In this document: piece by piece, positions 51,641 through 61,140 of the stretch
Position numbering within the stretch: position 1 is the first letter of the stretch
How the letters are laid out: the number at the start of each line of letters is the position of its first letter
Assembly (NCBI GenBank): GCA_963796955.1
Contig: CAWCNJ010000010.1
Coordinates: 1 to 62,404 of the forward strand
Length of the DNA stretch: 62,404 nt
Direction of reading: 5' to 3'
Origin: Endomicrobiales bacterium
GTDB taxonomy: Bacteria > Elusimicrobiota > Endomicrobiia > Endomicrobiales > JALOBY01
Notes under the pieces: model-generated
What the model was told of the DNA's origin: nothing
What the model saw: only the letters and a program-made list of their open reading frames with translations
Databases searched by the model: none
Translations under genes and position numbers: made by a program

Positions 51641-52021
51641 ATGAAAGAAATAATGGCGGTTATCCGCATAAACATGATGAACAAGACCAAAGAGGCCCTC
51701 TCTGACGCCGGAATATCTTCATTTACCGCGACGGGCCGCGTTCTTGGGCGCGGAAAAGGCAACGTCGATTTCAGGATCGTAAAAGGTGCTGAAAGCGGTG
51801 CTGAAGAGGCGATCGCGCAGCTGGGAAACGGACCAAAGCTTGTTCCCAAGCGACTGATATTGGTTGTTGTGCCGGACCACCTGGTTAAGACCGTTGTGGA
51901 TACGTTAATAGCTGTAAATAAGACCGGCAATCCCGGCGACGGTAAAATATTTGTTTTGCCGGCTCTGGATTCAGGGCGCATACGCACGGGCGAATTCGGC
52001 GATGCCGTCCTCGACGAGTGA
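51641..52021 (+). CDS. nifI2: NifI2 PII-like nitrogenase regulator
   Basis: MKEIMAVIRINMMNKTKEAL, long T-loop, TGNPGDGKIFV. Confidence 0.92.
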   Translation: MKEIMAVIRINMMNKTKEALSDAGISSFTATGRVLGRGKGNVDFRIVKGAESGAEEAIAQLGNGPKLVPKRLILVVVPDHLVKTVVDTLIAVNKTGNPGDGKIFVLPALDSGRIRTGEFGDAVLDE

Positions 52022-52031
52022 GGAACCTATT

Positions 52032-53669
52032 ATGAATAAACGCAAGAGCACAATGCCGATAGACGCAAATGCCGTAAAAGATGATCTGGTAAAAAAGTAT
52101 CCGGTAAAAGTAGGGCGCAAACGCGCAAAGCAGTTGCTGGTCAATGACCCGGCATCTGAACCGAAGCAGGAGATCGGCGCCAATGTGCGCACGATACCCG
52201 GTATAATATCGCAACGCGGATGTACTTATGCCGGCTGTAAAGGGGTGGTCCTTGGGCCCACGCGTGATATATTGAACCTGACGCACGGTCCCATCGGCTG
52301 CGGCTTTTATTCATGGCTTACGCGCCGTAACCAGACCAGACCGCCCCGCGCCGACGACCCTAACTTCATGACGTACTGTTTTTCAACGGATATGCAGGAT
52401 GAGAACATAATATTCGGCGGCGAAAAGAAGCTGCGTCAGGCGGTGCAGGAAGCGTATGATAATTTCAAACCGAAGGCGATCGGCATATTCGCTACCTGCC
52501 CGGTCGGCTTGATCGGCGACGATATACATGCCGTGGCCCGCGATATGTCTACGGCGCTCGGCATAAATGTGTTCGGCTTCAGCTGCGAAGGCTACAAGGG
52601 CGTTTCACAATCGGCCGGCCACCATATCGCCAATAACCAGCTCTTTAAACACGTTATCGGCAAGCACCCCTGCGCGCCGCAGGGTAAATTCAAGGTTTCC
52701 CTCCTGGGCGAGTATAACATTGGCGGCGACGGTTTTGTGCTGGATGATCTTTTTCAGCGCTGCGGCATAGACCTGATCTCCACATTCAGCGGTAACTCCA
52801 CCTACGAAGGTTTTGCAAGCGCCCATCACGGCGACTTGAACGTGGTAATGTGCCACCGCTCCATTAACTACGTTGCCGATATGCTTGAGAAAAAGTACGG
52901 GATACCCTGGTTCAAGGTCAATTTTATCGGCGCCGAGGCTTCTGCAAAGTCGTTGCGCAAGATAGCAGCGTACTTTGAAGATAAGGAACTGATGGAAAGG
53001 GTTGAAACCGTCATCGCCGAAGAAATGGCGAAGATCGAGCCTGTCAGGGAACAAATTAAAGCTCGCAGCGAGGGAAAGACCGCGATGATGTTCGTCGGCG
53101 GATCCAGGGCTCACCACTACCAGAACCTCTTTAAGGAAATAGGCGTGAAGATATTGGCGGCCGGCTACGAATTCGCCCACCGCGACGACTATGAAGGGCG
53201 CGACGTTTTGCCGACCATCAAAGTCGATGCCGATTCCCGTAACATTGAAGAGCTGGTCGTTAAGCCTGATCCCGATGAATTTCGTCCGCGCAAATCTCCC
53301 GAGGATATGGCCCGCCTTGCCGCCGGCGGTTTCAAATTCAAGGATTATGAGGGGATGATGCACGAGATGGATAAGGGTTCACTGGTCATAGACGATGTGA
53401 ACCATTACGAGACCGAACAGCTGATAGAGAAATATAAGCCCGATATATTCTGCGCGGGTATCAAGGAAAAGTATGTTATCCAGAAAATGGGCATACCCTT
53501 AAAGCAATTGCATAGTTACGATTCCGGCGGACCCTACGCCGGCTTTGCCGGCGCGGCAAACTTCTGGAAAGATATAGACCGCATGCTGAATTCAAAGGCC
53601 TGGAAGCTGATAGACGCACCGTGGGAAAATAACGAGCCGCTGGCCGCTCTTTTTGTGAAGGAGTCTTAA
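52032..53669 (+). CDS. nifD: Nitrogenase MoFe protein alpha chain (anaerobe group II type with insertion)
   Basis: RGCTYAGC, HGPIGC, TCPVGLIGDD, SQSAGHH, MCHRS, GGSRAHH, YEFAHRDDY, LHSYD. Confidence 0.98.
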   Translation: MNKRKSTMPIDANAVKDDLVKKYPVKVGRKRAKQLLVNDPASEPKQEIGANVRTIPGIISQRGCTYAGCKGVVLGPTRDILNLTHGPIGCGFYSWLTRRNQTRPPRADDPNFMTYCFSTDMQDENIIFGGEKKLRQAVQEAYDNFKPKAIGIFATCPVGLIGDDIHAVARDMSTALGINVFGFSCEGYKGVSQSAGHHIANNQLFKHVIGKHPCAPQGKFKVSLLGEYNIGGDGFVLDDLFQRCGIDLISTFSGNSTYEGFASAHHGDLNVVMCHRSINYVADMLEKKYGIPWFKVNFIGAEASAKSLRKIAAYFEDKELMERVETVIAEEMAKIEPVREQIKARSEGKTAMMFVGGSRAHHYQNLFKEIGVKILAAGYEFAHRDDYEGRDVLPTIKVDADSRNIEELVVKPDPDEFRPRKSPEDMARLAAGGFKFKDYEGMMHEMDKGSLVIDDVNHYETEQLIEKYKPDIFCAGIKEKYVIQKMGIPLKQLHSYDSGGPYAGFAGAANFWKDIDRMLNSKAWKLIDAPWENNEPLAALFVKES

Positions 53670-53670
53670 T

Positions 53671-55051
53671 ATGTTACTGAGACATACGACAAAAGAAATT
53701 AAAGAACGTTCGGCTTTGACGGTAAATCCCGCGAAGACATGCCAGCCGATAGGGGCGATGTACGCGGCTCTGGGCATTCACCAGTGCCTGCCGCACAGCC
53801 ATGGCTCGCAGGGCTGCTGCTCTTACCACAGAAGCGCTCTGACGCGCCACTACAAAGAACCTGTGATGGCCTCCACCAGTTCGTTCACTGAAGGCTCTTC
53901 GGTGTTCGGTGGACAGGCTAACCTTGTTGAGGCTATCGGTAACATTTTCACTCTGTACGACCCGGCTATAATAGCCGTGCACACCACCTGCCTTTCGGAA
54001 ACGATCGGCGATGATGTCGGCCAGATAATAAGCCGAGCCAGGGAAGAAAATAAGATACCTGCCGGCAAGTATGTTATACACGCCAATACCCCAAGTTACG
54101 TGGGTTCTCACGTAACCGGTTTTTCCAACATGGTTAAGGGAATGGTCAAGTATCTTTCACAGAAAAAGGGTGAAAAAACCGACACCCTCAACGTTATACC
54201 CGGCTGGTGCGAACCGTCAGACATGCGGGAGATAAAGAGGCTGCTTGGAGAGATGGGGATAAAGTCTATCATGTTCCCGGACACTTCGGATGTTTTGGAT
54301 ACGCCGCTTACGGGTAAGTATGCGATGTATCCCAAGGGCGGTACCACCATCGAACATTTGAAGCTTACAGGCGACAGTTACGCTACTCTTGCCCTGGGAA
54401 CTTTCGGTTCTCTGGCCGCCGCTGAGGAGTTGAACGCAAGACATAAAGTGCGTTTTGAATCTCTGGACATTCCCTATGGGATACGGGCGACGGATAGATT
54501 TATCTCAACCCTTAAGAACGTTTCCGGCAGGCCGGTGCCGAGTTCTATCTCGGATGAGCGCGGCCGTCTGGTGGATGTTATCAGCGATATGGAGCAATAC
54601 CTGTTCGGCAAAAGGGTTGCCCTGTTCGGCGATCCCGATCAACTGGTGCCTGTAACTGAATTCCTGATAGATCTGGGCATGAAGCCGGTTTACGTAGTTA
54701 CCGGCAGCAGCGGAAAGTCGTTCGATGAAAGAATGTCACAGCTGCTCAAAGATGTGCCCGGTGCGAAATTCGCTTCCGGCGCTGAACGCCGACATGTTCC
54801 TGTTGCACCAGTGGATAAAGAACGAAGGCGTTGACCTGCTGATGGGAAACACCTACGGAAAATACATAGCAAAGGACGATGACATACCGTTCGTGCGACT
54901 GGGCTTTCCGATACTGGACCGGGTGGGCCACAGCTATTTCCCAACGGTCGGTTATCAGGGTGCGATGCGGCTTCTTGAAAAGATACTGTCGGCGATAATG
55001 GACAGGCAGGACCGCGACGCTGCGGAAGAAAAATTCGAATTGGTAATGTAA
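53671..55051 (+). CDS. nifK: Nitrogenase MoFe protein beta chain, frameshifted near 54781
   Basis: NPAKTCQP, HGSQGCC, TTCLSETIGDD; C-terminus ADMFLLHQWIKNE..GFPILDR..FELVM lies in a shifted frame. Confidence 0.93.
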
Positions 55052-55061
55052 GGAGGATATC

Positions 55062-55370
55062 GTGGAAAAACCCGACAAGCATATTCTAGTCTGCGGAAGT
55101 TTCAGGGCAGGCGGCGAGCCGCAGGGAGTTTGCAATAAAAAAGGATCGCTTGGTCTTATGCCGTATTTACAGGAAGGGCTCAATGACCGCGATATGACCG
55201 GTGTAATGGTCTCTATGACCGGCTGCCTCAAGGTTTGCGACCGGGGACCCGCTATGGTCGTGTACCCGGACAACACCTGGTATGGTAATATCACCGGTGA
55301 AGATGCCATTGACGAGATACTTGACGCCTTAAGCGAAGGGAAGATCGCGGAGAAATATTTAATAGCATGA
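55062..55370 (+). CDS. Thioredoxin-like [2Fe-2S] ferredoxin
   Basis: HILVC..GVC..TGCLKVCDRGP..VVYP..WY; GTG start with SD AAGGAGG. Confidence 0.9.
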   Translation: MEKPDKHILVCGSFRAGGEPQGVCNKKGSLGLMPYLQEGLNDRDMTGVMVSMTGCLKVCDRGPAMVVYPDNTWYGNITGEDAIDEILDALSEGKIAEKYLIA

Positions 55371-55867
55371 AAACCCCGTTCGGTGTTGTCATCGCGGATC
55401 TTAATAACAGGGCGCACTCCAGGGCGTTCATTCGGCTCCTTGATGAGTATTCGCGCGGCAACACCGGAGCAGGGGAACCGCTGAGGCCGGCCGTGAGAAA
55501 GAAGGTGGTCGCAGGTCTGAAGAAGCACAAGTCGTCAAAAGTGTATTTCGCGGTCTACAAAAACTCGGTCGTCGGAATGGCGGTATGCTTCAGCGGATAT
55601 TCCACATTCAAGGCAATGCCGTTGATCAATATACACGATCTAATAGTCTCTGAAAAATTTCGCTGTATGGGTGTCGGTTCGGCGTTGCTTGAATACATTG
55701 CGGGCGCGGCGATGTCCGAGGGCTGCTGCAAGGTAACTCTGGAAGTAAGGGCGGATAACAAAAACGCGCTTTCACTGTATTCAAAACATTGCTTCAGCTT
55801 TGGCGCCAACCCGATATATTTTATGACGAAGGTTTTAAAGAAGGCAATATGTCCATATTGGAACTGA
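55367..55867 (+). CDS. GNAT acetyltransferase
   Basis: INIHDLIV..RCMGVGSALL, CCKVTLEV..N..A..LY. Confidence 0.85.
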   Translation: MKTPFGVVIADLNNRAHSRAFIRLLDEYSRGNTGAGEPLRPAVRKKVVAGLKKHKSSKVYFAVYKNSVVGMAVCFSGYSTFKAMPLINIHDLIVSEKFRCMGVGSALLEYIAGAAMSEGCCKVTLEVRADNKNALSLYSKHCFSFGANPIYFMTKVLKKAICPYWN

Positions 55868-57222
55868 GGAAAAAACAAATATTCGTGAAAGGCAAACAGC
55901 GCTTCGATATGAGCTGCGACAAGGAGAGCCTTGCCGGCTCCGTCAGTCAGCGGGCATGCGTGTTTTGCGGTTCCAGGGTAGTGCTGTATCCTATCGCGGA
56001 CGCTATACATCTGGTGCACGGGCCCATCGGTTGCGCCGCTTATACCTGGGACATACGGGGCGCGCTTTCTTCCGGGGAACAGCTGCACCGGCTTAGCTTC
56101 TCTACCGACCTTGGTGAAAAAGACGTTATTTACGGAGGAGAAAAAAAGCTTTATGCTGCGCTTTGCGAGCTTATAGATGAATATACGCCGAAGGCCGCCT
56201 TTGTCTACTCCACCTGCATAGTCGGCCTGATCGGTGATGATGTCGACGCGGTATGTAAAAAGGTAAGCACTGAAAAAGGTATACCAGTTATCCCGGTGGA
56301 ATCGCCGGGTTTTAAGGGTACGAAAAAAGACGGCTACACGGCCGCCTGCGAAGCGCTGTTGAAGCTTGTCGGCACAGGTTCCATCGAAGGCATACCGAAG
56401 TTAAGCTTAAATATCCTTGGCGATTTCAATGTCGCCGGTGAGACCTGGATCATAAAGAAATATTACGAGCACATGGGCATTCAGGTCGTTTCCTCTATCA
56501 CCGGTGACGGCCGGGTTGACGATATTAGAAGAGCGCACGGTGCATCTCTGAATGTCGTGCAGTGTTCGGGCTCTATGACCCACCTGGCAAAGGAAATGGA
56601 AAAGAAGTACGGCATACCGTTCATCAGGGTGTCGTATTTCGGCATCGAAGATATGTCTAAGGCGCTTTATGATGTGGCGGAATTCTTCAAAGATCACGGT
56701 GTTATGAGAAAGACCAGGGACCTTGTACGCGAGCAAGTAGACGCTATATATCCGATGATCCTGGATTACCGCGCCGTGCTTGCAGGTAAGAAAGCGGCGA
56801 TATATGTGGGTGGAGCTTTTAAAGCATTCTCGTTGATAAGGGCTTTGCGATTGCTGGGCATGAAAACAGTGCTTGTAGGCACACAGACGGGTGGAAAAGA
56901 AGATTATCAGCACATGAAGGACCTTTGCGATGAGGGTACAATTATCGTTGATGATTCTAATCCGCTGGAATTGGCTGGTTTCATTCAAGAGAAAAATGTT
57001 GATTTAATGATAGGCGGTGTAAAGGAACGCCCGATCGCCTATAAACTCGGCGTAGGATTTTGCGACCACAACCACGAACGCAAAATAGCGCTGGCAGGGT
57101 TCGAAGGGATGATAAATTTCGCCAAAGAAGTACATTCCACCGTCATGAGCCCGGTATGGCAATTCAAGCTTACAAAAAAAATGGCGGATGAGGAAAACCA
57201 TGAACAGCCATTGTTCGTTTAA
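55849..57222 (+). CDS. nifE: FeMo-co scaffold NifE
   Basis: SQRACVFCG, HGPIGCA, STCIVGLIGDD, VVQCS, GGVKER, DHNHER. Confidence 0.96.
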   Translation: MSILELRKKQIFVKGKQRFDMSCDKESLAGSVSQRACVFCGSRVVLYPIADAIHLVHGPIGCAAYTWDIRGALSSGEQLHRLSFSTDLGEKDVIYGGEKKLYAALCELIDEYTPKAAFVYSTCIVGLIGDDVDAVCKKVSTEKGIPVIPVESPGFKGTKKDGYTAACEALLKLVGTGSIEGIPKLSLNILGDFNVAGETWIIKKYYEHMGIQVVSSITGDGRVDDIRRAHGASLNVVQCSGSMTHLAKEMEKKYGIPFIRVSYFGIEDMSKALYDVAEFFKDHGVMRKTRDLVREQVDAIYPMILDYRAVLAGKKAAIYVGGAFKAFSLIRALRLLGMKTVLVGTQTGGKEDYQHMKDLCDEGTIIVDDSNPLELAGFIQEKNVDLMIGGVKERPIAYKLGVGFCDHNHERKIALAGFEGMINFAKEVHSTVMSPVWQFKLTKKMADEENHEQPLFV

Positions 57223-58480
57223 GGCCGCCACCCGCAACGCCTGCAAGGTTTGTTCTCCGCTGGGAGCAAGCATTGTGTTTAAAGGCATCGAGGGAGCCGT
57301 TTCATTGCTGCACGGTTCACAAGGATGCTCCACATATATACGCAGATACATTATCAGTCATTTTAAAGAACCGATAGATATTGCCTCATCCAACTTTTCT
57401 GAGTCCTCAGCTGTTTTCGGCGGCAAAAGCAACTTAAAGACCGCTCTTGATTCCGTTATACAGCAATACGATCCGTCGGTGATAGGTATAGCCACTACAT
57501 GCCTGAGCGAAACCATCGGTGACGATGTGGCGGGTATATTGAAAGAATATCTTAAGGAGAATGCCGGCAAGCCTGTGCCCGCTCTCGTGCATGTTTCAAC
57601 CCCAAGTTATAAGGGCACGCACATGGACGGCTTCCATGCAACCGTTAAAGCGGTTGTCGCTGATCTCAGCGCAGGCGGCGAACGAACAAAACGGTTGAAC
57701 CTGCTTCCCGGTTTTGTTTCGCCCGCGGATATCAGATATTTAAAAGAGATACTTGAGGATTTTTCCGTGCCATTCACGTTGTTGCCGGATTACAGCGAAA
57801 CATTGGACGGCCCCGCCTGGGATGAGTACCAGAAGATAACGCGCGGTGGAACACCGCTTGACGCTATTAAGGCGATGGGTGCCGCCCTTGCGACAATAGA
57901 GTTCGGCTCCTCGCTGCACAGTACCGTATCCGCCGCCGAGGTGCTCAAAGACCGCTTTAGTGTGCCACGCTACACGCTTGATATGCCGATCGGTGTGGCG
58001 GCGACAGATAAGTTCTTTAATTTACTGGAAAGCATAAGCGGCAGGGGAATGCCTGAGAAATATACACGCGAACGCGGCCGGCTGATAGATTCGTATTTTG
58101 ATTCGCATAAATATGTGTTCGGCAAAAAAGCCGTGTTGTATGGCGAAAAAGATTTTGTTTTATCCATGGCCGCATTTCTTGCGGAAACCGGTATCAAGCC
58201 TGTTCTTTGCGCTACGGGCGAAATGGATTTTATGGAGATCGCCGAACGAGCCCGCCTTTTGTCGCCGGACCTGATCATCGGCAATAGCAAAGGGTATCCA
58301 TTGTCGAGGGAACTGAATATACCGCACATACGCGTAGGGTTTCCCATACACGACCGCGTCGGCGGGCAACGTGTACTGCATCTTGGGTACCGGGGAACTC
58401 ACGATCTTTTCGACGCGATAACCAACAGCCTTATAAAAAGCAAGCAAGACGCCTCGCCGGTAGGTTATATGTACATGTAA
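57200..58480 (+). CDS. nifN: FeMo-co scaffold NifN
   Basis: NACKVCSPLGA, HGSQGCSTY, HFKEP, TTCLSETIGDD, GFPIHDR. Confidence 0.94.
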   Translation: MNSHCSFKAATRNACKVCSPLGASIVFKGIEGAVSLLHGSQGCSTYIRRYIISHFKEPIDIASSNFSESSAVFGGKSNLKTALDSVIQQYDPSVIGIATTCLSETIGDDVAGILKEYLKENAGKPVPALVHVSTPSYKGTHMDGFHATVKAVVADLSAGGERTKRLNLLPGFVSPADIRYLKEILEDFSVPFTLLPDYSETLDGPAWDEYQKITRGGTPLDAIKAMGAALATIEFGSSLHSTVSAAEVLKDRFSVPRYTLDMPIGVAATDKFFNLLESISGRGMPEKYTRERGRLIDSYFDSHKYVFGKKAVLYGEKDFVLSMAAFLAETGIKPVLCATGEMDFMEIAERARLLSPDLIIGNSKGYPLSRELNIPHIRVGFPIHDRVGGQRVLHLGYRGTHDLFDAITNSLIKSKQDASPVGYMYM

Positions 58481-58490
58481 GGAGTCCACT

Positions 58491-59753
58491 ATGAAAAGAG
58501 ATCTGTCAAAACATCCCTGCTTCAATGAAAAAGCAAAGCACCAGTTTTCGCGTATACATCTGCCGGTCGCGCCGAACTGCAACATCCAGTGCAGGTTTTG
58601 TAACAGAAAATATGATTGCATAAATGAATCCCGCCCCGGGGTGACCAGCGCCGTGCTCTCGCCCGGACAGGCCCTTAACTATCTCAGGGAAATGAAGGTT
58701 AAGGTGCCGCAACTGGCTGTTGTCGGTATCGCGGGGCCAGGCGACCCTTTTGCCGAACCGGAGCTGACCATGGATACTTTGCGCAGGGTGAACAAGGAAT
58801 TTCCCGAGATGCTGCTTTGCGTGGCGACCAACGGTTTTAATATTCTACCGTACATCAACGAATTGTCAAACTTTAATGTCAGTCACGTTACTATAACGGT
58901 TAACGCGGTTGACCCTGAGATCGGCAGCCGGATCTATGCCTGGGTTCGCGACGGCAAATGCGTACGCAAGGGCAAGGAGGCTGCATCCCAGTTGTTGGAA
59001 AGACAGCTGCTCGCGATAGGTTTATTGAAGGAAAAAGGAATAACCGTAAAGATAAATACAATAATAATCCCGGGGGTGAACGATACGCACATAACACAGA
59101 TAGCCAAAGCGGTAGCTGCCGCGGGCGCCGACATCATGAACTGTATCCCATTATTACCGGCCGCTGATACGGATTTCGCCGATAAACCGGCGCCAACTGC
59201 TGAAAGTGTTGCTGAGATACAAAAGAATGCGCAACAGTACATGCCGTTGATGAAGCACTGTACCCGCTGCAGGGCGGACGCCGTCGGTTTGCTTGGCGCG
59301 CCGCAGAATGAGGCATTCATTAGCTGTCTTAGGAAGAACAGTCTCATGTCCCTTGATCCTTCTCAGGACAGACCGTATGTAGCCGTTGCAAGCCGGGAAG
59401 GCGTACTGATAAACCAGCACCTGGGTGAGGCTGATGCGCTGTCTATTTATAAAGAGAATAATGGCAAATTCGAGCTGATAGCGACACGTAAAACACCGGC
59501 TCCGGGGGGCGGTGACAAAAGATGGCTGGATCTTGCTAAAACGCTTAAGGACTGTCGCGTGATACTTGCAAGCGGCGCAGGCCCTTCTCCAACACAGTTG
59601 TTACAAAAACAAGGTATCAAAGTATTGCTGATGGAAGCGGTTATAGACGAAGGTTTGAAAGCCGTCTTTCACGGAGGCGACCTCGCAAAATTGCAGGTTC
59701 CCTGGAAAGGCTGCGGCTCTTCCTGCATGGGTACCGGTAACGGGTGTAGTTAG
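58491..59753 (+). CDS. nifB: FeMo-co biosynthesis radical SAM protein with C-terminal NifX-like domain
   Basis: HPCF, CNIQCRFC, ESRPG, AGPGDP, CTRCRADAVG, NQHLGEA. Confidence 0.97.
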   Translation: MKRDLSKHPCFNEKAKHQFSRIHLPVAPNCNIQCRFCNRKYDCINESRPGVTSAVLSPGQALNYLREMKVKVPQLAVVGIAGPGDPFAEPELTMDTLRRVNKEFPEMLLCVATNGFNILPYINELSNFNVSHVTITVNAVDPEIGSRIYAWVRDGKCVRKGKEAASQLLERQLLAIGLLKEKGITVKINTIIIPGVNDTHITQIAKAVAAAGADIMNCIPLLPAADTDFADKPAPTAESVAEIQKNAQQYMPLMKHCTRCRADAVGLLGAPQNEAFISCLRKNSLMSLDPSQDRPYVAVASREGVLINQHLGEADALSIYKENNGKFELIATRKTPAPGGGDKRWLDLAKTLKDCRVILASGAGPSPTQLLQKQGIKVLLMEAVIDEGLKAVFHGGDLAKLQVPWKGCGSSCMGTGNGCS

Positions 59754-59791
59754 GTGTAAGTGTGGGTCGTTGATTAAACGAGGTGTAGATC

Positions 59792-60460
59792 GTGGGAATA
59801 GAACTTACTCCGTTCTTTATTTCATTAAAGCTTGCACTTATTGTGACCGCACTGCTGCTGGTTATCGCCCTGCCGGTTGCCTATTTTGTTTCCTGCAGTA
59901 AATCCAGGTGGAAGATCGTCGCTGAATCGATACTTACTATTCCGTTCGTAATGCCGCCCACGGTGCTTGGTTTTTATTGTCTTATAGTATTTTCCAGGAA
60001 TTCCGCGATAGGCAAATTTTTCGATCAAACCTTTGGCCTGCCGCTGGTCTTCAGCTTCGCCGGGATCGTGGCTGCTTCCTGCATATATTCTTTTCCTTTC
60101 GTTTTCCAACCCCTGAAGGCCGGTTTTGAAAGTTTCGACCACACGTTGACGGAAGCTTCTTACACTCTTGGAAAATCGCGTCTGCGCACCCTGGCCTCGG
60201 TGATACTTCCCGGCATTCGGCCTTCTATTATCACGGCGGTATCCATGTGTTTTGCCCATACCATGGGTGAGTTCGGGGCGATACTGATGATAGGCGGGAA
60301 TATTCCCGGCGTGACCAGGGTAGCATCAATAGCCGTGTACGATAAAGTGGAGCAGCTGGATTTCGCCTCCGCGCATGTATATTCGGCAATGCTGCTTGGT
60401 TTAAGCTTTTCCATATTACTGGTCGTGAATTATGTGAACCGCAAGAGGCTGCCCATATGA
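59792..60460 (+). CDS. modB: Molybdate ABC transporter permease
   Basis: PPTVLGFY, EASYTLG, FAHTMGEFG, GGNIPGVT. Confidence 0.94.
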   Translation: MGIELTPFFISLKLALIVTALLLVIALPVAYFVSCSKSRWKIVAESILTIPFVMPPTVLGFYCLIVFSRNSAIGKFFDQTFGLPLVFSFAGIVAASCIYSFPFVFQPLKAGFESFDHTLTEASYTLGKSRLRTLASVILPGIRPSIITAVSMCFAHTMGEFGAILMIGGNIPGVTRVASIAVYDKVEQLDFASAHVYSAMLLGLSFSILLVVNYVNRKRLPI

Positions 60461-61140
60461 TGCATATTAATGTCACAAAACAGCTTCAGGGTGCTCAAGG
60501 CAGGTTCCGGCTGTCTGTAGAGCTGGATATAGCACCGCGCAGCCTGGCCGCTATATCAGGCGTTTCCGGCAGCGGTAAATCAACTTTGCTTAGAATGATC
60601 GCCGGCCTTACCGAACCGGATTCCGGAGAGATAGTAGAGGGCGGGGAAACCTGGTTCAGCGCAGCAGGAAAGATAAACCGCAAGACCATGCATCGCAAAA
60701 TAGGTTTTGTTTTTCAGGAATATTCATTATTTCCGAATATGACCGTTAAGCAAAATCTGGAGTATGCGGGGGCTTCAGGGCGGACGGTGGAAGAGCTGTT
60801 GGAACTGGTTGAACTGAAGTGCCTTGCTGAGTGCTATCCGGACAGGTTGTCAGGTGGGCAAAAACAGAGGGTAGCTTTGGCCCGGGCGCTGGCTCGAAAA
60901 CCTGAAATACTGCTGCTGGACGAGCCATTATCGTCGCTGGATCACGCAATGAGACTGAAGCTTCAGGACGAGATATTACGTGTTCATGAGCAATACCCCA
61001 TAACCACAATACTGGTATCACACGATATGTCGGAGATATGCCGTCTTGCCACACGGATGATCACCCTGGGAAACGGCGTTATAACCGGCGATGAGGCCCC
61101 GAATGAATATGAAAACCTCAAAATATGCAGCGTATCCTAA
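60457..61140 (+). CDS. modC: Molybdate ABC transporter ATPase (no TOBE domain)
   Basis: GVSGSGKST, LSGGQKQR, LLLDEP. Confidence 0.9.
   Translation: MMHINVTKQLQGAQGRFRLSVELDIAPRSLAAISGVSGSGKSTLLRMIAGLTEPDSGEIVEGGETWFSAAGKINRKTMHRKIGFVFQEYSLFPNMTVKQNLEYAGASGRTVEELLELVELKCLAECYPDRLSGGQKQRVALARALARKPEILLLDEPLSSLDHAMRLKLQDEILRVHEQYPITTILVSHDMSEICRLATRMITLGNGVITGDEAPNEYENLKICSVS

Noticed and set aside
52032..55051. Alternative (V or Fe-only) nitrogenase or nitrogenase-like paralog
   Set aside because: No vnfG/anfG between D and K; YEFAH motif, nifEN and modABC indicate the Mo enzyme
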